A stretch of DNA of 64,000 nt from positions 58,218,001 through 58,282,000 of the forward strand of contig OZ024742.1 in assembly GCA_964016885.1 (NCBI GenBank), written 5' to 3'. The position numbers were made by a program, and so were the translations under genes. The notes beneath the pieces were generated by a model that made no database searches, was not told the DNA's origin, and saw nothing but the letters and a program-made list of their open reading frames with translations. Source of the stretch: Eledone cirrhosa. Its lineage: Eukaryota. This document shows, one piece after another, positions 29,101 through 43,334 of this stretch (position 1 is the first letter of the stretch; each line of letters opens with the position of its first letter).

Positions 29101-31810
29101 GTAGTTAGATTAAACTCAATAGGTTTTAGTAAAGAATTAGTGTTAGATAGAAATAAGACCGAAAAGGAACTGGTAAAGTAGAAGAGGCACTTAAGAGTGG
29201 CAACGTAGCCAGCGTGCTAGCGACGAGAACGGCCTTGGACCAATTCTTCGACGCAAAGCATGAAGGCTGCGTTATCAGAAGCAAAATACGTGCTCTGGGA
29301 AACGAGGGAGCCAAAGCTGTTAGCTGGGCCCCGAGTGACGGAGGCGAAAGTGGCAAAAAGCCCACGATTCGGTCTTTGAAGGATCAAGACGGATGCGTGA
29401 TACGTGAGCCGAAGCAAAAGTGCGCAGCCTTTCAGCAGCACTTTGCTCAACTGTTCGGGCAGGGAGGCGCGCCGGGAGGGGCTATGGATTTTGATTCATA
29501 CCTCGACGGCCTACCGCGACTCTCGGACAGCGAGACAAAATTCTGCAAAAGGCCGATTTCGGCCGAGATAGGTGACGCGCTCAGCCAATGCGGCAAACGC
29601 AAATCTCCAGGTCTCGACGGTCTGCCCTACAAATTTTACGTAGCAATGCCGGACTTGTTCTCCGGTTTCCTGGAAGCGGTCTACTGCAACTGGCAGCAGA
29701 ACGAGAGAATTCCCAGTTCTGTGACCAAGGGCGTAATCACGTTAGTCAAGAAGGACGAGAACAAGGGGGATGACATAGGCAACTTCCGGCCCATAACTCT
29801 GCTATACACAGAGTTACAGATTTTGGCCAAGGTGTTGGCAAAGAGGCTGGCGCTTGTCGTCGAAAACCTGGTGGGAGAAGCGCAGATATGCGCAATCCCG
29901 ACCAGGTCCATACAAGACAACCTCCACCTCATGCGATACATCATAGAGGGTAGGGTGTAAACCCGGCTTCGGTGGAGCCCTGATCAACTTGGATCAGTCT
30001 AAGGCTTTCGATAGGGTTGACCATCGTTACCTGGATGCGGTGCTTGAGGCGGCAGTCTTCGGTCCCGTGTTCAGGGGCTGGATTGCTGCAATGCACAACA
30101 GCAACATCTGCTCAAGGGTCAAGGTGAACGGCTACCTCTCGGAGCCGTTCCATATCACGCGATCCATTCGACAGGGATGCCCTCTCTCCTCCCTTCTGTA
30201 CGTACTGACTCTCGAGTCACTACTGCGGAAGTTGGAACTTTTGCAGGGCATCCCTTTGGAACTGGGACTGCGAAAAGCGGCGGCGGCCTACGCCGCCGAC
30301 GTATCAGTAATGGTGTCGAGCACCTCGCAAATCGGGGAGATCGGCACCTTACTGGAGGAATACGAAAGGTTCACAGGAGCGAAGCTGAACCGGGACAAAT
30401 CCGTCGGTTTGCAACTCGGAACGTGGAGAGGCAAACCGATGCCTTCCGATGACGTTGTCGGATGCTGGACGGAAGGACCGGTAAAGCTGTTAGGGGTCTG
30501 GTTTGGTCCTGACCTCCAGGTGGAGAAGAACTGGAACGAGGTGACGCCCAAACTATCCTTGAAAGGTCGAGCGGAGGTGGCGAACACTTTTATAGTGTCC
30601 GTCATCTACTACCGCTTGACCGTTGTGCCTTGTCCAGCCAAAATGCTCACCAAAATGGAGTGCGCGCTCTTCCAATTCCTTTGGAAGAAACGGGCTCCTT
30701 TGGTGAGAAGATCCATCTGCTGCCAATACCCTTCAAACGGAGGGCTGGGGATGCCGTGGCTGATGATACGCAAACACGCACTCAGACTGCGGCACCTCCA
30801 CGTATTCCTCACCAGACAACCGGTGTGGGCCCCGTTCGTGAGGCGAGCCTTCCCACGACTCGTCTCGCTGACCGAGCTACAGTCCTGGGTCAAGCAAAGA
30901 CCGAGGAAAATGGGCGACAGGCACATCGAATCCTCTCAGGCGCTCAGTCCTCTGGCAAACGGACCCGGCGGTCAGTGGAGACTCCACTTCGACATTCTAT
31001 AGAGGGTTGATCCGCAGCAAGTGCGACGACACGCTCGGAGAAACTCTAGGAGTAGAGGAGGACGAACTGGCCAGTCTGTTCGGTAGGACCTTCCGCCCAG
31101 GACCAATGGACAACTTCCAAAAGTCCCTGGCCTGGCAGTGCTACCGAACAGCTCTACCAGTTCGAGACAAGCTCTACAGACATGGGCGCCCGGGTAGGGA
31201 CCCTTCGAAAAAGATCTGTCCGAGATGCGTGCGCGACGAGGAAACCGTCGCACACGCATTTGTACACTATTGTCGCGGGTGGGACCAATCCAGTTGACCA
31301 CCGAGCCCATTGTCATGATCAAACCGCCACCCTCCTTCAAAAACGAGGGAGATGCGGTTTTCCTATGTGTTAGGCTATGGTGAAAGAGGTTATATGGTGG
31401 ATGAGGTTAAAAGGGCTGAGTCAGACACCTTTCCCTCCGGCGAGCAACTGATTCGTTTTTCAAATATCCTTTTGGAAGAAGAATCAGGATGGAGAGAGAG
31501 GTGCTGTATCCCAGCAAATTTTATAAAAGGTGGGTGAATGTGGCAAAGATGGCCCGAGTGGTTGGGCCTTCTCTCTATATCAGCCTGTAGGTTGAGAAAA
31601 AAGAGGAAGAGAGGGAGTACTCACTCTTGGTGCTCCTGGAGATGAGGGTTGTACATTTTTTCGGGGTGTGTACAACCTCTGTGTAACACCTCCCCCCCTA
31701 TTGGGGATTTCAATTGTTATTTGTTATTGTATTAATAGTTTTATTTTCATATACCTGTATGTAAACTCCCCATTTGTATGTCCCCTTCTTTTGTGATATA
31801 ATAAAGAAAT
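26179..31810 (+). mobile_element. Tx1-clade LINE family B, full length, decayed
   Basis: ORF1 26424-28214 (CYHCTSRGHLRAAC). ORF2 28253-31590 is APE-RT with the catalytic motif mutated to YAADV. Ends AATAAAGAAA-TTTATCTAT. Confidence 0.93.
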
Positions 31811-32087
31811 TTATCTATATTCTCTTTTGTCGTTATTTCTCCTTTCTTCTTCCTGTATTCATCCATTTATTTATTTTTATTCATTTAAATATTTATGTAT
31901 TTTTTCTTGCCTTCCTCCTCTTTACACCCTCTCTTATATCTCTAATTCGCTCCACATCCTTTTCTTCTTTAAGTTTATCATATTATTTGTGGTATATAAA
32001 TGTTGAGATTTGATGAAATAAATCACTGCCAATACAGGAATTGAAATATCAAGACCGTAGAGGTATGTCATATATCAAATCATATAT

Positions 32088-32147
32088 TTTATCTGACGAG
32101 GACATACTGAAAAAATAAAATAGTACCTTTGAAATATATATAATAAA
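32088..32147 (+). ncRNA. Minimal type I hammerhead ribozyme
   Basis: TTTAT-CTGACGA-stem II-GAAAT ATAT ATA-ATAAA. Stem I is TTTAT/ATAAA. Confidence 0.65.
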
Positions 32148-32347
32148 GCATATATTTTGATTATGTGAATATCTTCATTTGTTAATATTTTGAATAATAT
32201 ATATATATATATATATGCAAAAGTTCTATTTAAAATTGTTGGGATACAACAAGTAAATATTTTTATAACTGATATAAAGCACTCGACAAGTATTTGGAGT
32301 AGATATACGATATTAATAAATGGAAACTATATTTATAAAACCATATT

Positions 32348-32412
32348 TATTTCATTATACATATTTCAGGGATACCAAATTAAATTATGGTATGCCTTCA
32401 TCAGACAAAATA
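32348..32412 (-). ncRNA. Hammerhead ribozyme in the Penelope pLTR
   Basis: Reverse complement of the motif at 36651-36715. Confidence 0.78.
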
Positions 32413-33779
32413 CAATATATAACAGTTTTACAAATAAGCTTTGACGTACCCTTTTAAAATGCAACCATTATTTTTGGAAGCCATCTGGATAGTGAATTGT
32501 TTATATTATTTTAATAAGTCTTAGTGTTAAGGACAATTAGAAAAAGACGGAGAGAAAGAAAAAAGACGGAGAGAGAAAAAAGAAAAAGAAAAAAACGTGG
32601 AGAAATATCGGAGAGAGAGAAATGCATGGAGAAAAAAGAGAGAGATAAATAAAGACAGGAGCAAAGAAAGAAAAAAAGAAAAAAGAAAAAAGGAAGAAAT
32701 AAGAAAAACAGAGGAAAGCAACAGAGAGATATCAAGTCATCAGACAGATAGAAAAACTCAAGAGAGAGAAATAATATATAGAGAGAGGGGGAGATAATGA
32801 AAACTTTACGTCATGTCATATTAAGTTGAGTTAACAATTCATATGAAATGAATAATAAAAATATTAATATTAATATTCATGAATGGGACATAAATATATA
32901 ATATGAGAAATTAAACATTGTTTAATAATGATTATATGTTTAGTTTAAAACTTGAGATCAATATACTAAAATTTGAGAAACCACTATCTTACGGCAAAAT
33001 ATATATACACACGTCCTGAAAATAGAAATTATATCTACTCAGGTCTACAATATAGACATACAAAACGCAAATGATTTCTCTTAATCACTGCTATACATTC
33101 CTTGTGTTATAAAAAGTTCACAGTATATATACATAAATATATACGATTAACATTCATGCCTTCATATATACGATTACCATTCATGCATTTAACATTCTGT
33201 TAAAATTATGCATATCTGCAATCAAAACTGCGTGGGTAGGCATGCACACACATAACTCTCACCCATACATATACATATATATATATACACATACATATGT
33301 ATAAATAAATATTTGCGTGCGTCTTCACCAATTGTTAGACCCGCATCGCTCATGTACACATACAGACAGATATACAATCATAAAAAAAAACCTATAACAC
33401 TTTTATATGCATGTTAATACACACATACACATCTGTATAGAGATAATCAAATATCAATATATTACTAAAGGATTATACTTTGGAAATATAATTATAACAA
33501 TATAAATTTAAAATACCAAAGGATTATATTTTGGAAATACAATTATATCAGTATAGTCTAAAGGACAAACGAATTCTAGAGATATCAAAACATTAAATAT
33601 CTTTAAAAACACTATAGAGTATCTTAAGTTAAAATAATATGTTTCATATATTTAGTATAGAAATTTACCCTACGTATATTTTAATCAAGATATTGAAAGG
33701 GTAGACTTATGAAAAGTATGAGAAGCTATCAGAATCAAAACAAACCTAATAAAAATAAATAAAAATTAAAAAATTAAAA

Positions 33780-33850
33780 AAATAAAAAAAATAAAAATAA
33801 AAATAAAAATAAAAATAAAAATAAAAATAAAAATAAAAATAAAAATAAAA
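33780..33850. repeat. (AAAAT)n microsatellite
   Basis: Seen directly in the sequence. Confidence 0.9.
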
Positions 33851-36650
33851 GTTAAATAAATATTATATCAATATAATTTAAAAATTTTTAAATTTTAAAA
33901 AGTTTTAAAAATTTAAAAATTTAAAAAATGTTTAAAAAGCCAAGGATTTTACAGATATCCTTATATTTAGTATAGAAATTTATCTTACGTATATTTTATT
34001 TAAGACATTGGAAGTATAAACATTTTAGAGTAGTTTATTATATCTATGTTTATATTTAGGAAGAAAATTTAATAAGAAAAAGGTGAAGGAATCTAATGAT
34101 TTATCGACAGGTTTCATATATTAACTAAATTACTTAATTACTTATACTACATTTTAAATTTATATTTAAACGTTGAGTTCAATCTATGTCTGCAGCAACT
34201 GAATAAATTATTCCTTAAATTAAGGGAATTTTTGGACTTTAATATAAAAAATATTTCTTCGATACAAAGATCACAATTTTCTGAAGAGGAATTAAAAGGA
34301 GTAGCTTTTGAAATAATATTCCAAGTCATCGAATATTTAACATTATCTCGTTTAAGGTCCCATAGTAGGCTAGATAGCGAAGTTGAAGATTTTTTGTTTG
34401 GATCTGTGAAAGAATTTTTATGATTATTGAAGCGAAATTTAAATTCTGTAGAGGTAGAACCGACATAGTTAAATGAATTTAAATTAGTTTTAACATTACA
34501 ATTGTACACTACATTTTTAGCTAAGCAGTTGTTATTTAACGGACAGTTAGATTTATTTCTACAGTTACAGTTATTCAATTGAATATTGCTTGGGTTATTA
34601 TTGGTATTTCGGTTAGGTTTTAAGTTTCTATTATTAATTCTATTAATATTTTGTGTTAATTTTATAGTATGTCTATTAAAAATTGAGTAATATTTATGTG
34701 TTCTAGGGAAGCGTTTGTCAAGAGCTTTAAAGAATAGTTTAGCAATAGGGGTTTTAATATTTAGTGAGAAAGGGGGAGCAAACCATAATATATTTCTAGT
34801 TCTATTTCTTTTTCGGCTTTGGGAATTATTGTAATGTTTTCTATTATAGTTGTTAAAGTTGTTACCATAATTAAAATTGTTATTATTTTGGTTTGTTTGC
34901 TTATTATTATTATCGATGTATTTAATTTTATTTCTATATCCAGCTCTACCTAACGCTTCGTTGTAATACTGCGCTTTTTCATCAAATATATTTTTATTAG
35001 ATGAAATTCTTGAAATTCGTTCTTGAACAGAGTTCACTATAGTATTTTTAACAGATCTGGGGGTGATTAGAGTTAAAATTAACATAATTCAATCTCATTT
35101 AGTTTGTGAAATGGATAATGAAGACATGTGTTGAGATTTAGTGTTACATCAAGAAAATTGACTATTTTATGGTTATTCTCTATTTCTACTTTTAGATTAA
35201 GGTAATTAAAAAATTGTATAATTTGTTTTCTTTTTCTATTTAGTTCACAGCTATTATTTTCTATAAGTAAAAGCATGTCATCACGATATAAGCCTCCGGT
35301 TACACCTGGTATTTTTCTATGTAGCGAATTAATTATAAATAGGCCCACAAGGTCCGTTACCTGAGCTGAGTCTGATGATCCCATAGTTATGTCAAAATTA
35401 TTATTTCTATCTGCCCTAGTCTAGAGTTGGTTATTAAATTCTATCAATGTTTTCCTTGCCGATAATATAATGTGCATTTCATTGCTAGTTAGGTCTGTAT
35501 GTTTAAATGCGTTATTTAGTGCCTTATTCAGTAGATTAGGAGTGATAGATGAATAGTAGTTAGCAATATCCAGCTGAATAAACTTATTATTATAGTTATA
35601 TTTAATTTCTTTAAACCAATCGATAACCTCACTAGTCCCTTTCCATAATTTTAAGTAAGATAAATTAGGTAAGTTTTTAATTTGTTGTATTACTCTGTCT
35701 AGAATATTTTTGCTAAGTTTGCCCAGGTCAGATTTAGATGGTGCAATCAATCTGACTGGTAAATCATTTTCAAAGTTTCTTTTGTGATCCTTCATATTGA
35801 TCTTAGGTTTCCTAGGCATGAAGGGTTGTGTTTTATTCTCAATGTCTAATTCATGCATTATACAAGATGCATCTGTATTCAGTTTTTCAAGTTCGTCCTT
35901 ATTTGCTACCTTGTACTTTTTCCTTAGTTCCTTCAATATAAGGTCGTTATAAATGTCCTTTTGTATTCCATAAAGATTATTAGTTTTGTCCGACTTCACT
36001 AGAATTTTCTCTGTTTTCTCCAAGTTTTCAATATTATCCTTAATACTTCTTAAGTAATCCTGGCCTTTGAAGTTTTTTTTTAATTTGATGCCTTGGATGA
36101 TAGATATATCATTTTCAAAATCCATTAGTAGTTTGTTGGGGGGTGGATTTTTTTTAGATTTGAAAATTTTATCCAGATTTGAAACATTTTCATTTAGATT
36201 AGATTTATCAAAGTGGAAAGCACGCCACCTGATTCTTCTTATAAAAGAGTCTGATTTTTCTATTAATTGTTTAATAAAATCTTTGTTCCTAGGTAGAGGT
36301 ATGTCTTTTAGAGAAGAAGAGATCTTAAAGAATTCCATTTTTTCAGTTATAATGTAAAGCGCTCAACAATACAGGAGCAGAATATATGCAAAAGTTCTAT
36401 TTAAAATTGTTGGGATACAACAAGTAAATATTTTTATAACTGATATAAAGCACTCGACAAGTACGTTTTTTTCTTTTTCTTTTTTCTCTCTCTCCGTCTT
36501 TTTTCTTTCTCTCCGTCTTTTTCTAATTGTCCTTAACACTAAGACTTATTAAAATAATATAAACAATTCACTATCCAGATGGCTTCCAAAAATAATGGTT
36601 GCATTTTAAAAGGGTACATCAAAGCTTATTTGTAAAACTGTTATATATTG

Positions 36651-36715
36651 TATTTTGTCTGATGAAGGCATACCATAATTTAATTTGGTATCCCTGAAAT
36701 ATGTATAATGAAATA
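36651..36715 (+). ncRNA. Hammerhead ribozyme in the inverted Penelope pLTR
   Basis: TATTTTGT-CTGATGA-AGGCATACCA..TGGTATCCCT-GAAAT ATGT ATA-ATGAAATA. All three stems pair. Confidence 0.78.
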
Positions 36716-36779
36716 AATATGGTTTTATAAATATAGTTTCCATTTATTAATATCGTATATATATATATATATATATATA

Positions 36780-39140
36780 GAGCGCCCTACTGAACATGAT
36801 TAAAAACAAAGTTCAGGAAACACAAATCTGAATTCCAAAAGGAATTAGACTCTACCGTTCTGCAACTGAAAAATTCAAACAAGGTCCAAGTCCATTCTGA
36901 CAAAACTGGTAATCTGTACCATATGGACATCGATAAATATAACCAGTTCATTTATAAAGAACTTAGAAAAAACTACAAGAAAACCAGCACCACCACACTG
37001 ACATCCTTGAACAACACATCATGCGATATAGTAAAAAAACTCCATATTGAAGATAAGACGGAGCCATTCACACCTAAAAGCCCGCACTTCAACCTGAAGG
37101 ACCACAAATCTGACTTTAATTCAAACCCATCTATTAGACTGATATGCCCATCAAAATCTGATATCGGTACTATCAGCAAGAAAATTATTGATCGAATCAT
37201 CCCGCAGATTAGAAAATTTGTAACACTTCCATTATGGGATAACACTTCCCAGGTTATTGAATGGTTCATTAACATTGAGAATAAAAACTCAGCTTCATTC
37301 ATACAATTCGATATCGATTCTTACTATTCTTCGATTTCTCCCATTCTCTTAAACAAAGCACTGATTTTCCCCAGAAATAGATCGGATTTATCTACTGAGG
37401 AAATCAACATCATAACACACGCTAGAAAAACCTAACTAAACTTCCAAGAAGAACACTGGACAAGAAACACATATAACAACTTATTCGATATAACGATGGG
37501 ATCCATGGACTCTGCTCAAGTTACAGACATCGTTGGACTATTTCTCCTCTATAATATTCATTCCTTTTCCCCACCTCAAAGGTGGTCTTTATCGGGATGA
37601 TTGTCTATTGATATCTAACAATCTTAGCAATTCTAATATAGAGAAAAACAAAAAACAAATTAGAAAATTCCTCAAGGACTATTACAACCTTAATATCACC
37701 TTTGAAAACACCTCAAAAGTAGCTAACTTCCTTGACATTACCTTAGACCTCTCTACAAATATTTATCAACCTTACCACAAACCCAACCAGAATCTACACT
37801 ATGTACATTCACGCTCTAACCACCCTGGCTCTATACTCAAAAACATATCTCTTACACTTTCTAAATTATCTTCCAATGAGGATATATTTTATAAAAATGC
37901 ACCCTTCTACAATGAGGCCCTAACTAGAAGTGGATATAAAGAAAACATTTCATATATCCCCAATATCCCCAACACTACTATGGACCATACTACAATACCT
38001 AGCAAAAACTACAAACACCAAAAAATATTGAAACAAATGCCTAATGGGGTCAATCCCATCACACCAAACAACCGAAAAACCACAACAACTATTACTATAC
38101 GATCTATGACTAGTGTTAACAACTCACATATGACTACCAAACATTCAACCTCTCATAATCTACCCAATAATAACACCAAATACAACCACTGCAATTTAGC
38201 AAAATCCACAAATACAAATACTAACCATAGGAACTCTTCTAGAACACAGCACATTAATATAAGTGAGAATAAGAACTTAACTAAAAACCGCAAAAGAAAC
38301 ATTACATGGTACAACGCACCTGCAAACTATTGGGCAAATCCCCCAAAAATTCTTAAAAATTCTACATAAACATTTTTCACCAAACCACAGATACCACCAA
38401 ATATTTAACAGGTATACTGTTAAATTCTCAGACTCTACATCAAACAATCTCCAACAGAAAATAAGCAACTTCAACATTTATAAATTTAAAAATAATATGA
38501 CTACACCACCACAACATAATTTAAATAAATAATACAATTCTTCAACCTGGAAAACACAACCACCCAAATCACCGACACAAAATCACAATACAACCCCAGC
38601 ACTAAATCACCCACAAAGCAGCACTCATTCTCTCTCTAACACTAATTACAATAAGAATACCTCCAGGATTAATGAGAATTATGTAGGTACCTCCAACAAC
38701 CATCTTACGTATGGTTGTAATTGCAGAAATAGAAGCGTTTGCCCCTTAAATGGCAACTGTTTGATTAATAATGTAATATATAAATGCACTGTGTCTACTA
38801 CTGACTCTAACAAATCGTATATAGGATCTACATCGAACACATTTAAGAAAAGATATTACGCACACTCCAGTAGCTTTAACAATACTAAACTAGCTAACAC
38901 CACATCTTTAGCTGAAGCAGTAAATAACTATAAAAAAAAAAAATAGATTTCAAGCTATCGTGGAATACCATTCTACAAAGAACTCCATACCTTGGGAACA
39001 GGAGAGAATGCAGATTATGTTCCGGAGAGATCTTGGAAATTACTAAATCTAAGGACGATTTATTGAATAAAAGACAAGAACTGATTATAGCTTGTAATCA
39101 CCGTATAGGAAAAACATTTAAGTACTATAAACCTAATTAA
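36780..39140 (+). mobile_element. Penelope-like element 3, 5'-truncated
   Basis: RT (IQFDIDSYY, GGLYRDD, NFLDITLDL), a long Asn/Thr-rich linker, and GIY-YIG (CNCRNRSVCPLNG, VIYKC..YIGST). Confidence 0.9.
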
Positions 39141-39289
39141 ACATTCTAAATAGCAGCTCACTATAGTTCTATGTGCCGTACCTTTTTGTTAGTATCCCCT
39201 TCTCCTAATTATACGCCTTCCTGTAAATTTTTTAACCTTTTTATTTTTTAGCTTCCATTGATTCATGTGTTACTGACTAAGGGCATCAA

Positions 39290-40255
39290 AGTACATAACC
39301 ACCTGTATCAGCAAGCAGCAAACAGCCACAGGAAACAAGTACCACCAATCTCTGGGAGGGCTCTGTAGAAACAGTAGACAGCTTCTGCTACCTAGGTGAC
39401 CGAATTAGCAGCGGAGGTGGGTGTTCAGAAAGTACAATAACTAGGGTAAGAACGGGATGGAAGAAGTTTAGGGAACTACTACCACTGCTAGCTGCAAAAG
39501 GCTTCTCCCTCAGAATGAAAGGCAGACTGTATGATGCGTGTATCTGAACAGCAATGTTGCATGGTAGTGAAACCTGGGCGCTGAAGGTGGAAGACTTACG
39601 TAGATTAGAGAGAAACGAAGCCTGCATGCTCCGATGGATGTGTAACAGTAATATACGTGAACGACAAAGCATAAATGAATTGAGAGAGAGACTAAGCATA
39701 AGAGGAATCAAATGCTGTGTGCAGGAGAGGTGGTTGCGCTGGTATGGACATGTGATGCGTATGAAGGATGACAGCTGCATAAAAAGGTGCAGAGCACTAG
39801 AAGTCGATGGAAACCGCGGAATGGGGAGACCGAAGATGACCTGGGATGAGGTGATAAAAGCCGACCTTACCCAATTACACCTCTCAAAGGCAATGACACA
39901 CGACTGTGACCTCTGGCGTCACGCAGTAATACAGAGTACCCGACCTCCCATGGGTACAAGCTGAAGCATATAGACAATATGCCTCCACCGCAAGCTGGTC
40001 GTGGAGGTGCCACGGTAAAAAAGCACCCAGCCCACACTGTAAAGTGGACGTGTAGGCGCCACGAAAAAGCACCCAGCACTCACTGTAAATGAGGTTGGTG
40101 TTAGGAAGGGCATCCAGCTGTAATCAAGCCAGAATCAGTTCCTGTATGAGCAAGGCATGGTCAGCCGACCAGACACTGCCCACAACAGGACAACCCGTCC
40201 AACCCATGCTTGCGTGGAAGAACGGACGTAAAACGGTGATGATGATGATGATGTG
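39290..40255 (+). mobile_element. RTE-clade LINE 3' fragment with SINE-like 3' region
   Basis: LHGSETW..LERNE..LRWYGHVMR..GRPKMTW. Ends in (GAT)n. Confidence 0.88.
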
Positions 40256-40299
40256 CGTGTGTGTATATGTGTGTATGTACATGTATGTGTGTATATATA

Positions 40300-40351
<52 letters not shown>

Positions 40352-40400
40352 ATGTATGTATATGTGTATGTATATATCTATGTATGCGTATGTATGTTTT
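40255..40400. repeat. Compound (TG)/(TA)/(TATG) microsatellite
   Basis: Seen directly in the sequence. Confidence 0.9.
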
Positions 40401-40834
40401 TAATGGAGTACCTATGTAATTATACCTCTATCTATATATGTGAGCATATGTAATTTTGTGATCTAAGAAAATTATGCATTTTGGCTATGTCAACATACAT
40501 TTATCTGGGATTAATTACTTATACATAGACCCACTTGAAAATATTTACTGTTTTATATTTTATGATACATCATACGCTATACTATACTATATACAATGTA
40601 CCATAATGCACTATAATATATATTACATTATATTATATTATAATATTCATCTTTTAATATACTATCCTTTCTAGTTATGACCATTACTTTACCTATCTAT
40701 ATTTATCCTAGTTATTTCCATATATTATATATTTCTTTATTTATATTCACCTAAAAACTCCATACAACACAACTCAACATATAATTTTTACATCCCTCCA
40801 CCATCTACATTCCACTATCAATACAATAAAGCAA

Positions 40835-41225
40835 GGAATGCTGTGAAAACATTCCTGGCCAAATTGAATGTCATCGAAAGGAATCTTTGTTGACAGGAAT
40901 TCTATAGTTTTCCTAGTGTCGCCAATGTTCAAAACATTGTGAGCAATGACCAACTCCAAATTTATACCGCTCACCTTTGTGAGCTACAAGACAACATGAG
41001 AGAACGGTTTGTCGACCTTTTGCAGATGGACATCCCAATGTGGATAGCAGATCCCTTCATAGCTAATGTCAATGATTTGGACATTAAATTTCAGGAAGAA
41101 GTCATTGAACTTCAAACAGATGACATGATCAAAATTAGATTTTCCAAAATAGGTGAACCCCTTTTTTGGATGCAAGAGGGAATTCAGTGTCAATTTCCAC
41201 TCCTACATGAAGAGGCTCAGAGATT
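40835..41225 (+). mobile_element. hAT (Charlie/GTF2IRD2-like) transposase C-terminal fragment
   Basis: HLCELQDNMRERFVDL...WIADPF...QEEVIELQTD...FW...FPLL. Confidence 0.7.
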
Positions 41226-41709
41226 TAACTTGTTTTTAACTTTAATTTTCCAACTCATGTTTTATTTTTATTTCACTAATTCCCACCTCACTCCCTCTCG
41301 GAGTTCCTCCTTCCCACCACTCTCCTGATGAAGGGCTTATGCCAGAAACGTCACACCCACACATCCCCCCACTCTCACTAAGCATGAACCTAATACCTTT
41401 CGTAACTCCTACCATTAGACTTAGTGAAATAATTCTTAATAGAACTCACACAGACAGGAACATGAAATAATCCTTAATAGAGAATCTAAAGAGAGGAATG
41501 TATTATATAATATCTTTCTTATACTTATATTGACATGGCAACAAAAACAGTAGAATTAATGTTTACTTCAGAGGTATATTTAAACTATACATATTTCACA
41601 TACATTACAACTAGAATTAAAAACATTCCAAGTATCGAACCTTTGCTTTACACCCAGCATAAACATTTCTACATGAACTCTAGTATAAAAAATTTTCAAT
41701 GACATTAAT

Positions 41710-41912
41710 GCACTGGTAATTGCTGGCCTTGTGCCTAAAGTAGAAACAATTATTTGCATCCTTTCCAGCATAGTTACGTCCCTTTACGATCTGAGTCCAA
41801 ATCCTGCTGAGGTTGACTTTGCCTTTCATCCTTACGGGGTCAATAAAATAAAGTACCAGTAACGCACTGGGTATTTGCTGGCCTTGTGCCTAAAGTAGCA
41901 ACAATTATTTGT
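41710..41912 (+). mobile_element. SINE (same family as 3707-3895), 5'-truncated, with the tail duplicated upstream
   Basis: TGCTGGCCTTGTGCCTAAAGTAG(A/C)AACAATTATTTG occurs twice, flanking the SINE body. Confidence 0.8.
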
Positions 41913-42353
41913 ATTTTGCATTACACAACATTTATTCATCTTATTATGTATTTCTTTACCATGGTGCATGCCATTTTTAACATTTTTATCATTCTTTAAC
42001 CTTCTGTATGTAATAAGCTTGTTATATTCATTTTCTAACTTTTACTTCATGCATGCCTTTATTAATATTTTGCATCATATACTCTTACTATTACATTCTT
42101 CAATGCTATATCTTTTATCTATCTTCTGTAACACCTTTTTGCACCTGAATTACCTTAATGAATAACTTTCTATATAATATGTTCAATATTTTCACTCTTC
42201 ACAACATATATTAATACTTTAATATCTGTATAACATAATATCATTTTGTCACTCCTGCTTTTCTATATGATATCACTGACACTGTCAATAGTAATGTATC
42301 TTTATGAAGGTTCCGAAGACTAGGATTATAATTACTTGTTTAAACATTGTGTA

Positions 42354-42400
42354 TGCTCTGATGATTTCAGACAATTGTCTGGAAGAAACGATCGTCAGCA
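42354..42400 (+). ncRNA. Minimal type I hammerhead ribozyme
   Basis: TGCT-CTGATGA-TTTCAGACAATTGTCTGGAA-GAAAC GATC GTC-AGCA. Canonical GUC site and palindromic loop 3. Confidence 0.85.
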
Positions 42401-43302
42401 ATTAAATGTATTAAGCTAAAATTTGATTGTTTTATATTTTGTATCTCTGCTCTGTAATACATTGGATAATTTACATTGAGCTTTTTCTCTTACTGGTAAT
42501 TGGGTAGTGCTTAATACTACCCTTTCATATGTATAATTATATATAACTCATAAGTATAAATATTATTATTATTATATATATATATATATATATATATGAT
42601 AATAATGATGGCTGCGCGTTGCAAATGGTGGTGCATATGAAAAAGTAAGTCCTTCATCAGTGACCCTCCAACCGTCCCAGGCATTTCATCGCTTTAAGGG
42701 CCATATGCCTCAGGTTGGTGCAAACAACGGCTAAAAAAAGTCGTTGGGACACGTAAACAAAGGGGACGTTAGGGTAACAAACAAAATGGTTTAAGCAACG
42801 GAAAGTGAGAAGAAATAGACAAGTCCCAGATCTCTATGAATATAAACTCGGTGAAATCGTGAACAAGAGACAAAAGACCATCAAACCTGGTTGAAATGTG
42901 AGCAAGGAAAGAATTTCGCACAGGTCTAACGGGGGGGGGGGGAAGAAGAAGAAGAAGAAGGGGTCTGGTCTACAAATTCGGTAAACATAAGTTTTGTGAA
43001 GTCGCAGACGAAAGAGAGAGAGAGAAAAAAAATTCCATACCAGCTTGACCAAGACCGCGCGAGAAAAGAATTACACACAGGTCAAACTTGAAGGAGGAGG
43101 AGGAAAGAGGAGGAGAGGTAGTGACAGAGAATGAGTGAGTGAAAGTTGAGGAGGAGGCTAACAGAGAGAGAGACTGCTAGAAAGGGTAAAAGGTACAAAG
43201 AACGAGAAAGGGTAAAAGGTACAAAGAACGAAACAGACGGGTGGCAGCAGAAGAAAAATTATGTGTAAATATGATAATAATGATGGCTGCGCGTTGCAAA
43301 TG

Positions 43303-43334
<32 letters not shown>

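Larger units (their letters stand above)
32211..36760 (-). mobile_element. Penelope-like element 2 with partly inverted pseudo-LTR, inserted in (TA)n
   Basis: ORF pieces 36338->34147 (RT GLYRDD; GIY-YIG CNCRNKSNCPL, VVYNC..YVGST). 36382-36463 directly repeats 32211-32292. ~36463-36760 is an inverted copy of ~32303-32598. TA runs on both flanks. Confidence 0.93.

Noticed and set aside
32511-32797. ORFs over GA-rich, TA-rich or TG-rich tracts (also 40089-40403, 46626-46841)
   Set aside because: These are low-complexity or microsatellite translations with no recognisable domain.
41321-41356. Functional hammerhead (CTGATGAAGGG..GAAACGTC)
   Set aside because: The core is present but stem I does not pair, so it was treated as degenerate.
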